DNA of 64,000 nucleotides from an uncultured Methanomassiliicoccales archaeon (GTDB lineage Archaea; Thermoplasmatota; Thermoplasmata; Methanomassiliicoccales; UBA472): NCBI GenBank assembly GCA_942492955.1, contig OW818644.1, positions 770,327 to 834,326 of the forward strand, read 5' to 3'. Shown piece by piece: positions 61,301 to 64,000 of this stretch (position 1 is its first letter; each line of letters starts with the position of its first letter). The notes under the pieces were generated by a model. It saw only the letters and a program-made list of their open reading frames with translations, ran no database searches and was not told where the DNA came from. The position numbers and the translations under genes were made by a program.

Positions 61301-64000
61301 CCAGCAAGCAAGCCAATAAGTATAAAGGGCGTAGCTGGTACCGCTGGAATCGTAGAGATACATCTTCAAGCCCGAGTCCATGGTGTCGCCGCTGTTGCCA
61401 TTGTGATAATATGATTCCACGAACAGCTTCAGCGATATCTTGTCCACGCGGTTGCTCTGGAACTCCTTCCACACCGTGGCCGTACAGGTATCGAAACCCG
61501 ATGGTCCGTTTTCGAAGGAGACCTCCAGAGATTTGCTGGGTGAATAGGAAATCGAGCTCGAGTATTGTGCGGTCATCCAGTAGTTGTATCCGCCGGAACC
61601 GGACTTGACCGATGTCCATGTGGCATCGAAGTCGAAGAAGTCGACCCGGTCGCCCGCAGAGGTGGACACTGGAAGGGTGTATGAGTCCGCGGCCGAGTAC
61701 TCGGTGACGGACATCCTGCCGGTGGGGTCAGCGCTCCAGAGGAGATTCCCATACTTGTCGTAACCGTTCCTGGAGTACACCCATCCCGCGCCCAGATTGG
61801 ACCTCGTCTCGATGCAGTTGCCCTCGGCGTCGTACTTCAGATAGCTCGCCTGAGGGACGGTCTTGAGGGAATCCTGATAGGTGAGCGTGCCCACCGGGGC
61901 GGAATGGATCCCATCCTTGATCTTGTTCAAGTAGAAGTTGTTAGGAGAGTAGGTGAACTGGTCTCCGTTATGGATCATGGAGACGGCGGGGCTGAGGTAC
62001 AGCGTGTTGCCGTTCCCGTCCTGCACCTCGAAGGTGGCGCTCACAGGATACGATCGGACCACGGCCGGCGCGTCGTAGAGAACGAGCCTCAGGGAGCTGG
62101 ACGAAGCAGTCCCTTGGATGACCGTGCCGTTCTCCAGCGTCATCTTAACCTTGTATCCGGAGGTGAGGCCGTTGATGACCACACCGTTGGGGTAGATCGA
62201 TGTGAGCTCCCATCTCGCCGTACCTCCGTACAAGGCGTACATCACGCCGGTGATGGTCCCAGAAGTGATCGACAGGTTTGAGGCCTTCACCGTAAGCTGC
62301 AGCCATTGACCGGTGATGGTAGGAACATCGCCGCAATAGTATGTGACCGTCGGGTTGAATGTGGTCCCATCCCATTGTATGTCAAAATCGTCCGGGGATC
62401 CGCCCCAGTATGCCATCCTCCAGGCATTGTTGGCATACACGTTGATGGCGATCTCCGAAGGCAACATCCCTTCCTCGAGCCATACGTACTGGGTAAGGAT
62501 GTCGCCGGAAACGATCGCCATTCCAGAGGTGGTCCCGTTGAAGCCGTGATAATGGGTGGGATAGCTGTACGAATAGTAACCGCTCCGGTGATATTTCGTC
62601 CCCGAGATCGAAAAGTCCGAACCGGTCACAGCATCGTCCACCCAGATGAGGTCGCTCTGCCCGTCAGAGACGGATGCGTATTCTATAGAACCTACCGGTT
62701 TGACATCGTTGTTGATACCATCAAGAGCCTGACCGAAACCGCGGACCACCTTGGGCAGGCCGGATATGTGGATGCAGTTGCTCAGGGCATACACGTCCCC
62801 GCCCCAGACGTCTGACATGGGCATCGAGAAAGACCCGTTGCCGACCTTGGTGACTCTGATATAGGCAGGCGGAGCATTGACCGGCAATGACTGGAAGGTC
62901 AAAGTGCCTCCCCTATTCCGATCGAGCAAGACGCCTTTGGAATCGAATATCTCACAGACATAGCTCGAGTCCAACCCGTTAGGGGCGAATGAGGGGCCGG
63001 TGTAGACCCGGACGTTGTCAAACCATATGTTGGCCGCCGGTACGCCTGACTCTGCGGCCTGGAACCGGATGGTGTCGATGTAGCCTGATCCGGTCAGCGT
63101 GGCGCCGCACTTCATCAATTGTCCATTGATGTAGATATCATAGGTGCTGTTCGAATAGCGCACATAGAAGCCGACGTCGTACCAGGTGTTGGACAGGCAG
63201 GGGGCAACCTTTGTCCAGACCGCACCGTTCCAGTACTGGAAATAACCAGAGAGGGACCCGAAATATATCCTTATGTTTCCCGAATTCTCGCCGTTGATGT
63301 AACTTATGACCGAGCTTCCCGTCCGATAGGACGTTTGGATGTAGAATGGACTGGTCTGAACATTGAAAGAATGAGTGACTTGGCTGATGCCGGTTGCTGA
63401 CGTCCTCGACACCTTGACGGCGGGCGCATGCGACGGGTCGAGGCTTCCGTCAAGGGTTGCAGTGCCTGCGGACAGGGATTTGGTCCAATCGGCAAAGTCC
63501 CAGTCATCGAAGGCGTCGTTGAATATGCTAGTGTATCTCGAGTCCAATCCATTAAGAGAGATGGTGAGCCCAGTATAGACCCGTACATTGTCAAACCATA
63601 TGTTGGCCGCCGGTACGCCTGACTCTGCGGCCTGGAACCGGATGGTGTCGATGTAGCCTGATCCGGTCAGCGTGGCGCCGCACTTCATCAATTTTCCATC
63701 GATGTAAATATCATAGGTACTGTTCGAATAGCGCACATAGAAGCCGACGTCGTACCAGGTGTTGGACAGGCAGGGGGCAACCTTTGTCCAGACCACACCG
63801 TTCCAGTACTGGAAATAACCAGAGAGGGACCCGAAATAGATCCTTATGTTTCCCGAATTCTCGCCGTTGATGTAACTTATGACCGAGCTTTCAGTGCGAT
63901 AGGACGTTTGGACGTAGAATGGACTGGTCTGAATGCCGAACGAATGGGTGACCTGGCTTATGCCGGTTGCTGACGTCCTCGACACCTTGACGGCGGGCGC
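58370..64000 (-). CDS. Rhs/YD-repeat polymorphic toxin, 5'-truncated by the window edge
   Basis: The frame is open to position 64000 (APAVKV... precedes the ORF-track start). Many YD repeats are present: YDKYGNLLWSADPTG, YTYDYLGRVTSV, YDTLGRQTSIAY, YAYDEAGRVLT, YHYDSRDRLY. The RHS core terminus is YMDPSTGRFMALDP...NRYVYCANSPLIHTDPTG. A 202-aa C-terminal extension follows. Confidence 0.9.
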   Translation of the reverse strand, partial: APAVKVSRTSATGISQVTHSFGIQTSPFYVQTSYRTESSVISYINGENSGNIRIYFGSLSGYFQYWNGVVWTKVAPCLSNTWYDVGFYVRYSNSTYDIYIDGKLMKCGATLTGSGYIDTIRFQAAESGVPAANIWFDNVRVYTGLTISLNGLDSRYTSIFNDAFDDWDFADWTKSLSAGTATLDGSLDPSHAPAVKVSRTSATGISQVTHSFNVQTSPFYIQTSYRTGSSVISYINGENSGNIRIYFGSLSGYFQYWNGAVWTKVAPCLSNTWYDVGFYVRYSNSTYDIYINGQLMKCGATLTGSGYIDTIRFQAAESGVPAANIWFDNVRVYTGPSFAPNGLDSSYVCEIFDSKGVLLDRNRGGTLTFQSLPVNAPPAYIRVTKVGNGSFSMPMSDVWGGDVYALSNCIHISGLPKVVRGFGQALDGINNDVKPVGSIEYASVSDGQSDLIWVDDAVTGSDFSISGTKYHRSGYYSYSYPTHYHGFNGTTSGMAIVSGDILTQYVWLEEGMLPSEIAINVYANNAWRMAYWGGSPDDFDIQWDGTTFNPTVTYYCGDVPTITGQWLQLTVKASNLSITSGTITGVMYALYGGTARWELTSIYPNGVVINGLTSGYKVKMTLENGTVIQGTASSSSLRLVLYDAPAVVRSYPVSATFEVQDGNGNTLYLSPAVSMIHNGDQFTYSPNNFYLNKIKDGIHSAPVGTLTYQDSLKTVPQASYLKYDAEGNCIETRSNLGAGWVYSRNGYDKYGNLLWSADPTGRMSVTEYSAADSYTLPVSTSAGDRVDFFDFDATWTSVKSGSGGYNYWMTAQYSSSISYSPSKSLEVSFENGPSGFDTCTATVWKEFQSNRVDKISLKLFVESYYHNGNSGDTMDSGLKMYLYDSSGTSYALYTYWLACWSGSTNNKTVSNPSITKCIWGKPATNTWLNPALYPNSDFNIDWSQCVKVRFEIYTYGSWAFIDEFRMYVDDLTFNDLTSAKSSYDHDHLNSWVTSATDPLGHTSHWQYDEIGRVIYQENPDYTNSYTLFDDSANKATVYDELRRKSVVFFDRLGREMKAERYGTGSVVYSVTKKTYNWQDQVATATDEMNRVVTYTYDYLGRVTSVKNPDNTISYTTYDDRNKLVTALDELGHKTVSVFDDLGRLNQTREYITASAFYVTRMAYNAVGQLVTVRQDNGEVTRMSYDTLGRQTSIAYPDAKSESYAYDEAGRVLTATSRSGQVTTSAYDTAGNNIRVTGGGETIRTRYNADGLVSEKVNSLGNISYHYDSRDRLYRTVQKVSPNTYTFTYAYNAVGDVVYVDYPDARRITYLYDRYGRAVDVKMGNTLLLNVTYNPDDSVASKRYCDSNCSVTYTYKTNGMVGKIKAVNVSSGVTILDLNYDFTADGDVSSIKDAFGSAGNEYYWYDSLGRLTKAMANSTFGTIQYGYSSVGNRIWKNEGTNVSSTYTTYNKLTLDGTYSYVYDANGNVFWKNSSAVRYNYIYNAFGQMTEVRKQLYSGGWGALTTVARYYYDANGARAKTEESGTITRYIYAGHDPIYFNSSDGRGQKDIYLSGGLDLRVVSAGESYVYISDALGSTRFVLRNGNKNIQDCMSWAVTYKPFGQIYSPAGTDKFSYTGEIVDSPTGLVYLSARYMDPSTGRFMALDPELGHLSMPQTLNRYVYCANSPLIHTDPTGAFLDTIFDVACLAWDIVELWNDPTPENWGWTAVDVVCTAVPFLPAIGGLVKVGKIIDKGFDAERAADKALDGEKAVERAKDLLESRRMNDAARAPDLVGHLGKSEIMPYGELQKIPLPKGMERHKLLEWRVAKNLGFKSMKDVPAVALTHADHNTITQMLRGHLPYGSKYVDEQVQGQLRGIYAGVYGEGSEWFRAISPYLP
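58373..58978 (-). other. variable C-terminal toxin (CT) region of the Rhs protein
   Basis: The region after the DPTG motif, which I located at 58979-58990 (plus-strand accggtcgggtc). It has a hydrophobic linker of about 55 aa, then about 145 aa with GMERHK and THADHN motifs. No toxin family recognised. Confidence 0.7.
58979..61843 (-). other. YD-repeat shell and RHS core region of the Rhs protein
   Basis: Spans the first recognisable YD unit (YLKYDAEGNCIETRS, aa ~715 of the visible ORF) to DPTG. It is interrupted by a non-YD insert of about 190 aa (61076-61654). Confidence 0.75.
62996..64000 (-). repeat. tandem direct repeat, period 573 bp, encoding duplicated ~140-aa lectin/LamG-like modules
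   Basis: Copy A at 63569-63985 and copy B at 62996-63412 differ by scattered substitutions only. A 106-nt run is identical (63015-63120 = 63588-63693). The linker end APAVKV recurs at the window edge, so further copies upstream are possible. Confidence 0.9.

Noticed and set aside
58776-63622. Numerous 60-170-aa ORFs on both strands inside the Rhs gene.
   Set aside because: All are nested in the single long YD-repeat reading frame, which has unmistakable repeat periodicity. They are frame shadows of GC-rich repetitive coding DNA.
1-64000. Scan for CRISPR arrays, tRNA/rRNA genes, transposases, integrases and terminal inverted repeats.
   Set aside because: I found no regularly spaced short direct repeats and no tRNA-like T-arm/acceptor patterns or rRNA-like sequence. 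No ORF has DDE transposase, tyrosine recombinase or serine recombinase motifs. This was a scan by eye only; tRNAscan or Rfam should confirm it.

Overview
The window looks archaeal. Evidence: sn-glycerol-1-phosphate dehydrogenase egsA, an archaeal-type NMN adenylyltransferase, UPF0179, HdrA/MvhD-type Fe-S proteins, a sufCB-only SUF system, KaiC-like ATPases, and frequent GTG/TTG starts with GGAGG-like ribosome-binding sites. The lineage cannot be fixed from sequence alone; a Thermoplasmata or methanogen-related organism is plausible. I found no rRNA, tRNA, CRISPR array, transposase or integrase.

Layout:
- 0.4-6.9 kb: housekeeping genes (methyltransferase, VOC protein, HdrA-like flavoprotein, sufCB, wHTH regulator).
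- 7-34.6 kb: a large surface-glycan biosynthesis region. It holds 7 glycosyltransferases, 2 Wzx-like flippases, 2 giant polytopic GT-C-like membrane proteins, heptose-activation genes hddA/gmhA, 2 GDP-mannose 4,6-dehydratase paralogs, methyltransferases and rfbA-rfbC-rfbB. The 14-34.6 kb part is visibly more AT-rich than the flanks.
- 34.6-56.9 kb: mixed metabolism, transport and signalling. This includes Mrp/NifX-like, a USP-DUF485 fusion with an ActP-like symporter, an MvhD fusion protein, rfbD, MFS, PrsW, Isf, a histidine kinase and response regulator, egsA, purC, a KaiC-like pair and NAD salvage genes.
- 57.5-64.0 kb: the most unusual locus. It is a very large Rhs/YD-repeat polymorphic-toxin gene that runs off the right edge. 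It carries tandem near-identical 573-bp lectin-like repeats, a canonical DPTG core terminus, a 202-aa C-terminal domain I cannot classify, and a tightly coupled downstream immunity candidate.

Secondary curiosities:
- an ATP-cone/PD-(D/E)xK nuclease fusion embedded in the glycan cluster
- a C10 homopolymer in a divergent glycan promoter region
- an inverted pair of sequon-rich surface-protein paralogs
- several candidate operator, leader and small-RNA structures
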